34,438 nucleotides of DNA from Spirogloea muscicola (GCA_009602725.1 WELB01000005.1:155474-189911); one strand, 5' to 3'. Numbered from the stretch's first letter, positions 9,453-22,945 are shown. Notes: generated by a model from the letters alone, not told the origin. Program-made: numbers and translations.

Positions 9453-10214
9453 GCCGCAGTTCTTTCGTGCTCTGAAGCAGCGGTCTCGGCGCCGCTGCAC
9501 TTTGCACTCCTGTGGTCGCCTGCTTGCCTTTGCAACAGGTGGGAAGCACCATATTGTGAGCTCTCACTGCAAGCCAACCCCCTGGTGCAAGTTGGGGGCC
9601 CTGAAGCCAGCGACAGTTGCTGTGCCTGCTTGCTACCAAAGTGCAACAAAGCGACATGATGATGGTGCATAGAACAAGACGGCTTCAAGCTCGACATGGC
9701 TGCGCCTCATTGACCTACAGCCTCACTCGATGAGTGTGGGAGCACAAGATGCCCAACCCTAAAACCGCAAGAGGTGGGAAGGCTGATGTGGCAAGGCTGT
9801 ACAGATAGTCCATAGAAACGGACTATTTGTAGTTGCTTGTACTGAAATCCTGTTAATTTCTACCAGAAGTTGGATGCAGTCTGATTGAAGGATTGGCTGC
9901 TTAAGAAGTGCACTTTTATCAATCACCATAGCAGCTACTTTACCTGGACCAATGTTGAAGCATGTTGTGCGTCTCATCTGCTCCCATGCTCACGTAGGGA
10001 GGTGTCATATACTTCAAGTTGTAGTGGCAGCAGCCCATGTGAGTAGCAGTTCTAAATACTCCTTCAAAGTAAGCCAAGATGCCTGCGAGCTGCTTTTGTG
10101 CCACACACAAGACGTCAGTGGTGCTGGCCACAAACTGCAGACCTGGGGACGTCTTTGCCCTGGCTGCAGCTCAACCATGCGCGTAAACATCTTCCAGAAG
10201 GGGGCAACCGCCTT

Positions 10215-10710
10215 GACGGGCCAGCCCAGTAACAGAGAGAAAGGCCAGCGCAAACATAGAATGGACATAGTCCAAAAGCGCCGGAGAGTGCGCGGTTAAA
10301 CATCCACACAAGCGGGTGAAACGAGTGGTTGCTTACTAACCCCTGATCAGCAGCCCTAAGTCAAGAGTAGCTCGCCACTCTTGCGGTGCTAAGTATTTTT
10401 GCGAAACACATTTCTGTTCGGCAAATCAAGCAGGCGCTTTTAGGGAGGAGACACAACTCTTTCAACGTCAAGGCAATTGCTGAGAGAGGCCAGCCAAAGG
10501 GGTGTACAATGTTTGAAAGGACAGGAAGGCGCAAAGAGCACAATCTTACCAACCGTAACTTTTGCGAGTGGGCGCCTGTTAGCCTCTAGTCAGCAAAGTG
10601 CAGACGCGAAGTAAATGCCTCCACTCACGTCGTGTTCACAGTCGACTCCTGCATCCCCTTCCAGACCGATACTCGCAGATCTAAGCCAGCCCAAAGGAAT
10701 GAACAAGATT
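10215..10710 (-). mobile_element. Old CRE-like 3' stubs in the HINT3-SAE2 intergenic region
   Basis: 10333-10380 reads ASYS/DLGLLIRG* on minus; the UTR motif gccagc(c)caaa...tg(g/t/a)aca(a/t) occurs at ~10244, ~10489 and ~10685. Confidence 0.6.
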
Positions 10711-11495
10711 TGGGCCAGACATTGCAGAAAGCACGGACCACTCTCCGTGACATCTGCAAGTTGGCGCGTCAGGAGCTAAACATATTCTTGAGAAGAAGTT
10801 AGAAAGTTTGAGGGCTACAGCACAGCGCATACCTTACGGAAAGTTGCCCCTGCCCACACTTTGCTAGCTGGCACCGCTTACCCACTGCCTCTAACTGCTC
10901 TCAATATCATGCGGCTGGAGGTGTTCAGCCTAAGCGCTACTTTTGGCGCAAAGTAAGTCCTCACCGGCAACTGCAACCCTCCAGCCTTCTTAGAAGTTCT
11001 CCCGCCATATTGCAGAAGAAAGTTAGCACTAGAATGCAACACCATGCACCTCAAAGGGCCGGTATAACAAATGCCAACGCACCTCTGTTCTCCTACTCCT
11101 AACTTCCATACTCAGTCTCTTTAATGCAGGGCTCCGGGCTCACTTCTCAGTAGCACCAAGTGTTTGGGCAAAGGGCACTCTGATTGTGCGCATGCTTCAT
11201 GCTCTGCTCAAACAAATAAGTGCTCATGAACCAGGCACTACGATATTAATGTAAATGTAACGTAAATGTAAATTAGCAAGTAGATAAGGTGAACGGCCAT
11301 GGCCATAACCAAGGCCACCGACCTGAACGGAATCGCGTGCTAATGTGGCAGCAACAACTCTTGGCAAGGCGCACCTACTCCCATGCGCTGTCGCTAGGCA
11401 GTAAGGATGACTAGTATAGAAGCAATAGTGTGCAAGTGAGAGTTATAAATTTGCAAGAACGCCAATGGTGGGGCGCACCCACTCAGCAGACATTG

Positions 11496-14400
11496 TCACC
11501 TCTTCTCGCGCTTCCTCTCCCTGCTGGTGCTATTTGACTCTCCATCAATGTCCCCTGAAGCTGCTGGCGCCTCAGGCTCGACCTCCTGTCCTCGCTTCCT
11601 GCTGGCAGGCCTGTCGCGGCCAGCCTTCTCTGCGACCAGGTCAGTCTGATCTTCAGGCTCCAGTGCCTCCCCTCCCTCCGCCTGCCCACTTGTGGGAACG
11701 CTACCACTGAGCACAATCCCATCATGCTCCCTTTCTTCATCAAACTCGGACCTGCAACAGTAATGCAAAGCACTCAGGATGCCTGCCTGGTTGTGACGCC
11801 GCAAGGAACAAACATCTTCTAAGATCTGCCAGTCTACTGCCTCAGTCACACATCTGCAACGCAGGCATCCCATAGCAGAGGCTGTTGTGGCTTTGCACCT
11901 CTGCCTGATGTAGATGGTGCACTTGAAGTCCTGAGTGAAGTCTTCGACCAACAAGACCGAGTTGTGCAACACAGGGGTGGGAAGATCAACCAGCAACTGC
12001 ACAGGATCTCACAGCATCTTCAGATGACATCCTCTACCTTGTGAGCTCAAGGACAAAGATGCACCATCATGAGGAGACACTGCACGATCTCACCTTCTGA
12101 GCATTGGCCTCGTAACGCTCCACCTCGTCTTTCTCAAGGTCATCGCCTGTTTCGTAGAGCACGCTGTCGCCATGCATCACCATGGGCGAATTGACTCCCA
12201 TTTTTCCTCTTATAACGATCGCAAGGACCTTGGCGAGTGTTGTGACATTGCAGTTCATCTCCAGGAAGAGCGGAGTCTGCAGGGAGCAAAGAGCCAGCAA
12301 ACGTCTCTACCTGCTCAAGATGGGGCCCCGTTGATACCAGGTAATGCATCATGACTTCATTGCATCTATCATAAATTTCACCATGCAAGTCAAGTCGTCA
12401 AGCAAGAACACCAAGTGCTAAATAATTCATGCGCTTAACTGGCAAGCCTTACTATCTATTGTAATATTGCTCCACAAAGACTGGCACATTTCTTGGCAGG
12501 ACTGTTGCCCTGACACAAATGAAGAGATGCTACACACACATCGGAGCAAACGAAGCACTTCGGATTGGCTTCCTGGGGCTCGAGGGGCACAAGGAGTAGT
12601 TGCCGTCTACCCTGGGGATGTTCCGCACAAAATGTCATCCTGCACAGGGACTTATCTGGCGAGGTTGGTAGGGGTCTGTGACCTCGTCGTGCAGCAGAAA
12701 GATATACAAAGCAATCCTGCACCCTTTTGTGCAAATGCAGGTGCATACGCAAAACGAACGCAGCTGAGGCTGACAGACGAAGAACCATAGCTAAGACTGA
12801 AAGCAGACAGTATAGCATGAGTTGGTCATTTGTGCACTCTCCACAAGAGCGACAGGAAATCATCACTGTGCAATTCTAACCTGCAATGATCATATTGCTT
12901 GTTCAGAAGCTTGATAGCTTCTATCACAATCAAGCCAGCAACGATGGCATTGGTGGTGGCTACCGCGTGGATGATGTTGCCGGCTATGCCCTTGCTGTCA
13001 AAAAGGCTTTGCATGGGGATACCAAATGAATTCGCCCGCAGGTTGGCAGCTGCTGTTACAAATTCTACTGCTAGCTGGTCATCTTTGTCAAAGGATAAGC
13101 TCCCAATCTCCTGCAAAACGGGGGACAATGGGCATATTGCAGTGACATAGTCACGCATGAAGAAGAAGTGGAGGGCATAGACATTGATGACTGCAATGTG
13201 GCAGAAACATGCACCACAAGCTCCTATATCAATAGCTCTGCCTAAAGAGAACCTCTTTGGATTTTCCTTGTGGATATCAGGTGCTTGGTACATCATGTAT
13301 GTGCAGCTTCGCAGGCCAGTCAATGGTGGCTGCTCACCTCCTCCCGCTCCAGAAAGAAGAGCCCGATTGACTCTAAGAAGACTCTCGCATTCTCCTCGAT
13401 GCTCCAGACTCTCTGCTGGTCCGTAAGAGAGAGTGAGGCCATAGCAGAAACCTCGCCTCCTCCTTGCAAAGCTACATCTTTAGGCCCTGTGGACGTTCCA
13501 ACCTGAGCTGAAGTGCTTCTTACTCGCCTATCTTGGAGCTCATGCTCGTCTGCCTCCTCTTCAGAAGGCAGAACATTGTCTATGAACAAAGGTCGGGGCC
13601 GTGTACGCTGCTTCCAGAGATCCTCCATTTCCAAGGTCCTGCTTATGTTCGTACCAAATATCCTGTCGAAAACTCGTCGTCCAAAAGCCCCGATGCTTTC
13701 ATCCTTCTTCTTCTCGAAGAATTGCCTCTCTTCTCGCTCGGCTTCGGCATCCATACCCTCTGTCCGGACATCAAGGTCGCTTACTTGATCCTTCCTTCCA
13801 AAAAGCTTGAGAAATGGCAGCTCTTTGGCCCACACTATGCAGTGCACGGGCTGCCTTTGCACAAAGCCAAAAAATGGAGCAAAACAAACCGGACATCACA
13901 AGACAGTAGTATCAAAGACGTGACAATAGTCAGTATCACAAGCTTTCCACCGAAGTGACATTGTCCAGTGTGCGAGCCTCGCATGACAGACCCATCAGCA
14001 ATTGCAACAGCCCCAACAACTTGCAAACCTAAACACCAGTGAAGCGAGCAATCCAATACACAAGGAATTTGAACATATAGAGGTAGTATGACATCTCAGA
14101 TAAAGCACGAGTATGGAGCGAGTAGCGTCTCGAGAACCTCTTCCAAGCAGACCTTGGCTCTAAAGCCTAATCTTGCCAGCCCAAAGCATTGACTATGGTA
14201 ATGTATCCTTGCCTTGCTCGGTGTGTTTGTTATGGTGCAGGTGGGATAGGTCTTGGGAGCTGGCTTGGGCTGGCACTCATAACACTCTGACCGCCCCTTC
14301 ACGTGCACTGTCACCTGCACACCTGGCGAGGCTCAGATGCTCTCGTCACACCTACTTCAAAGAACAAGTTTTCATTACACACCTCTGTCTTTAGCACAGC

Positions 14401-15737
14401 ATGACAGAAGCTTACTTTGCCTAGCTTGTACCAATTGCCAGCCCTCCCTTCGACAGTCAGGCGGATCCACCACTCAAAAGCAATATCCATGAGACTGCTG
14501 AGCAATGCAAGAGGAGCAAGTGAAGGCCCAGCACGATTTACAGTGCAAGTCTGAACCCGAGGCAACCCTAAAGTGCTACTGGTGTATGCTGTTTGACACA
14601 AAGCAACAGTATGAGGTTGTAATTGTTGTCAGTGCTGTCAACCACACCTGTCCAAGATAGCCAGTCGTACCGCTCTCAATCAATGGCACACTGGCCGCCA
14701 GACAGAGCCGGTTGACGTGCCTCCTAGCCTCGAGGTTGTCAAGTCCATTCATTACCACGTCAAACTTCTGGAAGAAGTCAAGGGAGAACTCTGGGCTCTT
14801 GACGTTCCCATGATGTGCAGTGATCTTTGCAGTTGGGCAATATTTGAGCACGGCCTCCTTTGCCACCTGCGTAACTTCGTAGCACATTTGCACAGTCTGG
14901 TACAGCTACGAGCAAGTGCAGCTGTCACAGAGGTGCTCCGAAGCGAGAAGTGCAAAAGTGAGCCAGAAGACTGGTGATGCATAATGGCCTGCGTATCTGC
15001 CAGCAGGACGCCACCAGGAGGCTCACCTTCGCCTTGGACTGGCCTACGTGCCGCTTCCGAAACAAAAACTGGCGATTCAGGTTGCTCACGTCAATAGTGT
15101 CCAGATCAATCTGTGCAGCACCAAAACTCGCCAGTGTCAACTCCAAAGATTGTTACACCAAACGACATAGACCAAGGAGTCCAGACCTTAATTGTGGTGT
15201 TCTGCAACGGACTTCAGGAGCACAGCCCAGGGCGGCGCTGACTGTCTGGCCTGGCGTCTGCTGAGTGATCTGTAACCTTCCTGCAATCAAACAGCTAGCT
15301 CAACACGGCCCTGCCTAATGGAAGCCAGCACATCTGGCCGCTACGTCCCTAGCAAAGCCCCCGACTTGCCACTGTAGTCCATCCTAAGGCAGGAGCGACG
15401 GCTGAGCAGCAGAGCGTCCTGCTGGCTGTTCGTCAAGCCGTGACGAGCGTCCCACCAGCTCGATATTCCGAAACCCGGAGAGCACAAGCGTCTTGAGGAG
15501 CTCGCAGCCGATACCGCCGGCGCCGACCACAAGCACCTTGGACGCCTGTGCGCACGCCAGGGCGGGCGCGTCACGGGCTGGGGCTCCGGCAGCGGCGCCG
15601 CCGCGGCGACAGGGGCGAGCGAGCGTCAGATGTTGCGTTGGCTGCGACTACGACAGCGCCTGGCCATGGATGCGACCTCGGAGTGTGACCGAGCTCCTGC
15701 TCACCGCGACGGCCGCGGCCTGCGCCTGCGCATCCAT
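11496..15737 (-). CDS. SAE2: SUMO-activating enzyme subunit 2 (UBA2)
   Basis: 11 exons: 15737-15705, 15545-15456, 15110-15027, 14866-14648, 14314-14213, 13850-13338, 13110-12881, 12639-12540, 12276-12094, 11996-11899, 11751-11496. Motifs [53 protein letters not shown] Zn pair, catalytic [27 protein letters not shown], basic C-terminal NLS-like RKR. The last exon end is slightly uncertain. Confidence 0.96.
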
Positions 15738-16481
15738 GGCGAGCCCCGCCGCGCCGCCAAGGCCGCCGGAGACCACGGCGTCCCCAACGTCGTCGCAGCC
15801 GCCGCCGCTGCCGCCGCCGCCGCCGCCGTCGTCGTGGGAAGTGACGGCGACCTGAGGTGCCTGGTGCGAGCAATACGGCGGCTGATGGCTTAAAACGAGC
15901 GGCTGTGAAGACCAGCAGGTGCATGCGGCGGGTGTTCACAGCTAAATCAGCGGGGCCACAGGCTAGGTGACTAAACGGTGGCCTGCGACGGTGCCCGTTG
16001 ACGTCTTTGGCGCAGGGCCACGTGGGCGGCGGTTTAGCTGCCCCGCCTCCCTCGGTTGGCGCGCGCCAGTTCAAAAGTTCAAATAGACGGTCAGGTTTGG
16101 AATAACAGGGGGTTATCAAGTTGATAGAAGTCGTTTCGGAGGGGAAATGCAGGAGCCCGACTGAAACAAGACTGCACGGTGGCGGCAATTTTGATTACGG
16201 CCGATTGAAGGCTGCCGCAGCGTCAGGTCACGAAGGAGGTTATCTCAAACCGTCGGTTTGCACATCGCCCACGGTGCCTTGGCCCCTAGGCTCCGCCTGC
16301 CGGCGCACAGCCGCGACGCCCCGCGGCGGCAGCGCGCGGCGCGCCGCGCCAGGCGCCGCCTTTTGCGGCGGATATCGAGCAGCTCGCCTCCGGCTGGGGC
16401 GCGCTGCACCGCCGTCGCCTCGCCTAGTGGCCATCTCGCTACGCCCCGGGAAGGCGGAACGGAGACAGGCTCGCCTGCGAG
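15738..16481. promoter_or_regulatory. Bidirectional promoter/5'UTRs between SAE2 and the CLASP-like gene
   Basis: Divergent ATGs at 15737 (-) and 16482 (+). Contains AACGG (15974-15978), CCGTT (15995-15999), TTTGGCGC (16006-16013), CACGTG (16019-16024), palindrome TGGCGCGCGCCA (16057-16068) and TTCAAA x2 (16070-16075, 16078-16083). Confidence 0.6.
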
Positions 16482-19400
16482 ATGGCCCGCCAGGCAAGCG
16501 CGCCGGAAACCGGGCCCGCCTCGGGCGCCGCCAAGCATGGCGCGGCCTCGGCGGCGACCGCGGCACCGCCAGGTCGCGACGTGGAGCAACAGCGCCAGGT
16601 GGGACCGGAGAAGGCGCACTCCGAGAAAGAGCTTGTGCGGGAGATGGAGAAGGTGGCTGCCATGCTCGACCTGCACCAAGACTGGACCGTGCGCATGCAT
16701 GCCATGCAGCGGCTGGAGGCCCTGGTACTCGGAGGTACTTCCCGGCTGCGCAAATAGCTACTCGACACTGATGTCCTTGGTTGAGTCCAAGGTGCAGGAG
16801 TGGCAATGATCAAGTGATTGCTCGACAGTGCGTGCTGCAGATGCCATGCACATATTGCAGTGGTGCATCATGTTTGTTTCCACAAGGATCCCCACCGACT
16901 TCAGTGTAACACTTGCCTGCGGAAGCTGTCAGTAAATGCTGCCTCTGTGACGTCCAATTGTACAGGCGCTCACCAATATGGGGCCTTCCAAGGCCAGCTG
17001 AAGCTGCTCATTGGGCCGCTGCGGTCGCAGTTGGAGGACAGGCGGTCGAGCATTGTCAGGCAGGTGGTGATCGATTCATTCACACGATTTCATATACAAA
17101 TCAATGCACTTCTGCTGGTAGTAAGCACAGATTAGAGATATGCCCGCATACTCCTGCCTAGCCTTCTACCACTTGTGACAACGCTGCAGGAACAAGGCAG
17201 AGATAAGAGTGACTTACTTGTCAAAGTGGCTCGGGCTTCTTCCGTATGTCAGGCAATGCAGGCAATGCAGCACGCATTCTCCGTCCTCATGTGCCTTCGC
17301 CCTGTTCTCTGCAGGCCTGTCATCTGCTGAACTCCTTAGCAGCAACCCTCCAATTTGACTTTGAAGCATGCGCTGAAGCACTTCTCCCAGTATGCCAACT
17401 GAGCTTCTCTCTGAAGAATACTGAATGAACTGTATAATAAGCATTTGATTCAGGCTGTATACTGTTAACTGTTCAGATAGGAGGGGACCATCAACACGAT
17501 ACTCACTGCAGCCTTACTTCACGATTGGCAGGCCCTTCTCAAGATTGTGGTGATAACCGTGCAAGTTATTGCAGAATCATCAGACAGCTGCATCAGGAAA
17601 GTGAGTATTTGACACCCAAAGCCGGTGCTTTACAATTGCTTCTTTCGAAATTACCTCCTGAACTCACAGTAGACATCCATCACTATCACTTACAGCCAAT
17701 GGCTGCTCTGACTCTATGTGTGCAGCTTCTGTATCACTGTCAACTCCATCGAGCCCTACCCAATTTGTTGGAGCATGCTATGCATAACCGTAGCTCTATC
17801 CTCCGTGCCAGGTAGGACCTTCCCTCGACTTGCACATTCTTTTAATTGTAGCTGTACTCTGTGTAGCCAACCAAATGTAGCTGATTCATCAGTGGATGTA
17901 TTTGAGTGGGGGTGTCGTGAGCTTTGGGGTGGTCAGGTCTACAGTTAATGCTTGAGCGAGGGAATGAGTCGAGCTCCTTGATCTGGCAAGAGCAGCATCG
18001 ATGATGGCTTTTGTATCTGCTCATATCCCAGTCTTTGTTGTTTGTCAATGACAGATGCTCAGATTACTGCCTGTTGGTGCTAGAACAGTGGTCGAATACC
18101 CCTGAGGTGCAAAGAGCTGCAGACTTGTACGGATCCATGATCTTGTGCTGCATTGTGGACGCAGTCAGCGAAGTGCGTAAGCAAGCTATCTTGACCATCA
18201 CGTTTGCCAGGCAATCCACTCTCCACGCATTTGAGTGTCCATGACTTCTTGGTACTCTGATCGCCAGAAGGGCCAGATCAGCACTGGTTTATCTCCTCAA
18301 GAGCAGGAATCTCGTGTATGCAGGTACGCCTGTCAGCAAGGCAGTGTTTTCATCTGTATGCAAGGATCTGGCCAGTGCAGTCAAGGCATCTATTCGCCAA
18401 AATGGATCAAGGTGCCAGAAAGGTGGGCGTTGACGTGCCTTGTAACCTGCTACTGCTTGAGGCCAATACTGAGATCTTAATATCAGTTACCAAGGGTCTA
18501 GGGAAAGGTCTAGGTAAAAGCACAAGGACTCCATAGTCATCAGCAGTCTCTTCTTGCCCTTCCAAATTTTAGACTCAATCACTAAACATGTCTTGTTTTG
18601 TTGCAGCTTGTGCTGGACCAAGCCAGTCGGCAGATGTACTCTTCCCAAGCCAGCCCTGTCTCACATGGTGGTAGACAAACACAAGCCTCCCAACCTGCAG
18701 GTTTCCTGAATTTATGCGCCAGTCCAGGTCCATCTTTCAAGAGAAACTTGACCAAGGACCTTGCAGCAGCTGGAAGAACCAATGTGGAGTCCACCATTAC
18801 ACCGTCTGCAGCTGCTATCCACAGACAGGCTGAGGGATCAGCACAAGAAAGAAGCAGCTGGAATAGCATAAGCCAACTGGACAAAAGGCCAGGCCTATCA
18901 TCAGGGGTCAAGGGGAAAGCAAGCTCAAAATCCTGGCATCACAGGAGAGACATTCAGATACTCCAACAATGTGTGCGTAAAGATGAGGACGTGGATATGC
19001 TCGAACTTCCACTCCAGGTGCCACTTGCCAGCAACTCATTTCCTCATGCGCCCGCAACAACCACTGGCCACAGGAGACTGCAAGTAGGGGGCTCGCTCAG
19101 AGTGCAGAGGGAGCCTGCCATACCATTTCATGATTTGGGATCCGCGTCGCAGAGCCTTGGAGAGCCAAGCTTGTCAACCCCAACCCTGCCAGTGGGCAAA
19201 GTTGATGGCCTTCCCACAGTCTCAGTACTGCACCACAGCGCAGCCACGCTGGAGGGCTCGTCAAGCCACAGCTTTGGCCGCTCAAGAGTGGACATGTCTG
19301 TCACAGAGGCACTAAGGATAGCACAGGTCGGTGCTGGACCTAAGAGAGTCCTGGTACGCCTCTCGCCTGACACAGCTTCCACAGCTCCTGCTCTAGAGGC

Positions 19401-22400
19401 AGACCGCTATGCAGCACCAGCAGGGAAAGGAGCATCAGGAGAAGCTCTCAACAATATGGGCAATGGCCGGGGCGCAAGGCGAGTGCTCAGGCCATTGACA
19501 CCCCTAGCACTGGAGCCTCCCCGTTCACCGAGATCAGCTTCCTCGAAAGCTGGACGACCACCAACATTTGCTCTCAGCCAACTGACCAATGTGGATGAAA
19601 GTAGCACGCTCTCCAAGGAGGATTCAGTGCATGGCATTTCGACAAATGCGAAGGATGACAAGATGAAAGCCCATCAGGAGGATAGGACAGTGCTCCTTAC
19701 TGCTCTGGATGCCAGCCTTCAACCTGGCTCTTCCTGGATAGCCCGTGTGAAGTTGTTTGATCTTATCAGGAGCAAGTTTGAGGGTACTCCACAAGAATTT
19801 CAGGAGGTACAAGCTTCGAACTTTCGGAGGCTCGAATGCTTCAAGTCAGACTGCATTTTGTATTGTTTGTCCTTGTCAGTGAATCGATCAGCATTATTCG
19901 AAATTCAAAGGTGATCAAAAGTCAGAGTGCCTTTCTTATCCTCCCTCATGTGTTCATATTGTTAGGTGCTCCAGCTTAGTGAGCTCGTTGTAAGATCATA
20001 TGAGGAGCATCTCCCTGATCAGCATCACAAGTAAGACATCTTATACAAGTCCTGACTACATTGTGGTGCTTGTTTGGCAAGGTAAATGCCATTCAAGCTG
20101 TACAGCAGGTCGCTTCTAATATAGTCACTATCTACAAGACGATGTCATTAGTGTGCTTGCACATCAACATGCAGCTACCCTGCACAGTGACAGAAGGTCC
20201 TGATGCTGCTGCAGGGTCGCGCAAGCAGGATTGGCATCCCTGGCAGTGGTCATGCCAGCCATTCCAAGTGTATTTGAAACCCGTCTATGTCAAATCGTAT
20301 CGATAGTGCTCTGCAAATTGGTGGATGCGAAGGAGCAGACACGCCAGCTCGCCTCGTTCGTGCTGCAAGTTGCAGAAAGTACATACGGGTATCACCCAGG
20401 ACACCAACACCACCAGCTTTGGCTCGCTGGCATGCATGCACTACTCAGGACTGCGGAGATCGTGGTTCTTGCAGAAATTTGATACTTGGAATAACGCTTT
20501 TAACTGCAGGGTCCTGCTACTGCTTCCGGCTATGATCAAGACTTGGGATACAAGTCGCTCCCCAAAGCTTCGTACTGCTTTGCTCAAGTACGGAAGCGGT
20601 GTCATGGAGAGGACTTGGTTGAATCATCCAGGGGATCCTGCTTTGGAGAATCTAAGTAAGTTGTGGTATCTGAGGATGGGCCTGGTGCTGTGCGACAGAA
20701 TTTCTTCAGTGAAGCAGGCTGCTGTTGAAGCAATGACTGCTGCTTTTGTCCGGAGCATGCCAAGTGCACTTGTTTTGGCCAACATCTCCAATGCACTTCC
20801 TCCAAACGAGCAGGTAATTTCTCTGTTACTGAACTTACTGTGCACTTGTTGGTCTCCTGATACTCCAAGTGAATGTTGAAATGTCAATCACGTCATTGAC
20901 TCATTTCTTTGTTACATCTTCCTCTCAGGCGGCTTTACAGGAAATCCTTGTACAAATATCACTACGACATGATCCACCTAACACTGCCATGCAGTGTCTG
21001 GACCATCCAGAAGTCAGTCCAGACATGCCGCCAACGAGTCCTGAAGCTGCACAGGTGTTAGAAGACGCAACCGCTGATGCAGAATCTCATGCTTCTTGGT
21101 CTGACCATTTCTTGAGATCAGACAATTGTCATCACAGTCCTGAGAGTCTAACCAGAGCGATGGACGCTGGAGAGGCAGCCAGTGATGCGCTACAGGACAG
21201 AGAGACAGCAGAATCAGAGGCACAAGAATGTGAAGCTGGAACTTATTTCGAGGCCAATCAGCACCCCGAGCATCATGACTGTGGCCTGAACAAGACTTTC
21301 CCTTCTTCACAAATTCGTCAACCAGACTGCGAGCTCCCACCCTCAATGGGATGTGCAGCATCTCCCCAGTTGGAAAGAGAGACGAGCAAATGCCAAGGTG
21401 CCTGTGCTTCTGCTCACAATACTCCAGCGGGCTGTGGAAGGGACCTGGATGATACAGGAAGCTCAAGCAGAGGTGACCCGCTAGAGGTGAAACAAGCAGC
21501 TCTATCATGTGGCACAGCAGATGGTCATGAGAGGTTGCACAAATTGGCGCAGCACCTTATGCGGCATAACAGGGAAGGAGGCGAGGCGGCACAGGACCTC
21601 GCATGGTGTTTGAGCAATCTACAAGCAGGCGTAACAGTCATAACAAATGAGGTGTGGCCATTATTGACTTTCACATGTCTCGTTCTCGCAGTCACGCTTA
21701 CCTGCCTGACTGTTGGCTTTCGTGCACATGTAGTGCAATCTCCTTCAGTTTCACATCGATATCACAGGATTGTACACGTAAGAAAGAGCGTCCTATCTAC
21801 TTTGAGTTACGTCAAGCACTTTGATTGTATGAGAACACAATCTCCACTATCGTGTGCTTCTTTATTCAGGAGATGGAACGCTTCCAAGTGGCTATATTGA
21901 AATTGTTGGAATGTCAAGATAACATGATTCAAGAGTTCAGTCTCCTGTTGATGCAAAAGCTTCAGCTGAGACACCTCCACCAGCCTTGTCATGCTGTGAA
22001 AGTGCACCTGCTCCGACGCATACTTGCCTGTTCTGGCAGTGAGGACTGTAGGGTAAGGCTCTGAGGCTCTCAAGCTGACAGTAGCCTGCCACTGTGCATG
22101 TCAAGTGCGTGCATTCTGATGTTAAAATCAGGCAAGCGCAGCTGCATTCACTCCTCTACATGCTAACATTGGGTCAGTGTCACACATCACCCATGACAAA
22201 ACTGTAGCTTAATGAACATACTGGGCTCTCCTGATTTTGAGTCATGTTCAGGTTGGTGAAGCAGCTGCTGAGTGCTTGGACCTCATCCTCTCCCAGAGGA
22301 CTCCCGGATTTGAGCAGCTTCTTGCAGCAGCTGTTTCTCTACTCCTTGGCCCAAAGGCATCCACTCTTGCCTCCTCCTTGGACTTCCTACACAGGGTGGG

Positions 22401-22945
22401 ATTTTTCGAGCTTGTGCTCAGCCACACCAAACTTAGATTGACAGCATTTGGCAAGTGTGTGAGCAGTGCTGTACTTGCTACAAATCGAGCGACTACTTGC
22501 GAATCAGCAGTAGTCACGGTGGTTGGGCAGCCTGGTCATGGGCTCAAGTGCCATGAGATGTAGGCCGCTCACACATGCTGTCAGGGCTGTTGCTTTTGCA
22601 TGGCTGACATGCCAAGCAGAAATAGGATATCCTTTCCCTTTGCCCATTCGAGCACTTGGACAAGTTGGCCAACCCTAGCAAACTGATGCCTGGAGGTCTA
22701 CATTTGGGAGCCTTGTGCAGGCAATGTTACTCGCCAGCAGGGACGAGCTACAGCCCCACTTGTTATCTATCCTCCCAGCTCTTATTACAGCCTCCGGCTG
22801 CGCAAGCGCAGCGGCACGTAGGAGTGCTGTGCTCTGCCTGGTGCGCATTTCCATACTGACTGGGGCCCTTCCCTCAGCGCTTTCGCCGCCCCTACAGCTC
22901 CTTGTGGCCCGCGCTGGCTCAGGGGCGGACCAATTCCACTCATAA
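16482..22945 (+). CDS. CLASP: CLASP-like microtubule-associated TOG/HEAT protein (TOG2-linker-TOG3-CLIP-ID), N-terminal TOG1 absent
   Basis: Exons 16482-16734, 16966-17063, 17315-17389, 17532-17600, 17726-17811, 18055-18172, 18324-18422, 18607-19806, 19966-20030, 20215-20388, 20510-20813, 20929-~21651, ~21870-22052, 22252-22395, 22721-22945. SEKELVREMEKVA..DW..RM.AMQRLEALVLGG, QLEDRRSSIVRQACHLL, KIVVITVQVIAESSDSCI, ILRARC, DAVSEVR, DQHHKVAQA, SRSPK, ARRSAVLCLV match plant CLASP as recalled. Confidence 0.88.

Noticed and set aside
11245..11273. Short (TAAATG)-like repeat downstream of SAE2
   Set aside because: Four to five imperfect units; ordinary low-complexity 3' sequence.
14175..14196. 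gccagcccaaagcattgactat in the SAE2 GC-AG intron resembling the element UTR motif
   Set aside because: Too short, with no flanking similarity; cannot be separated from chance.
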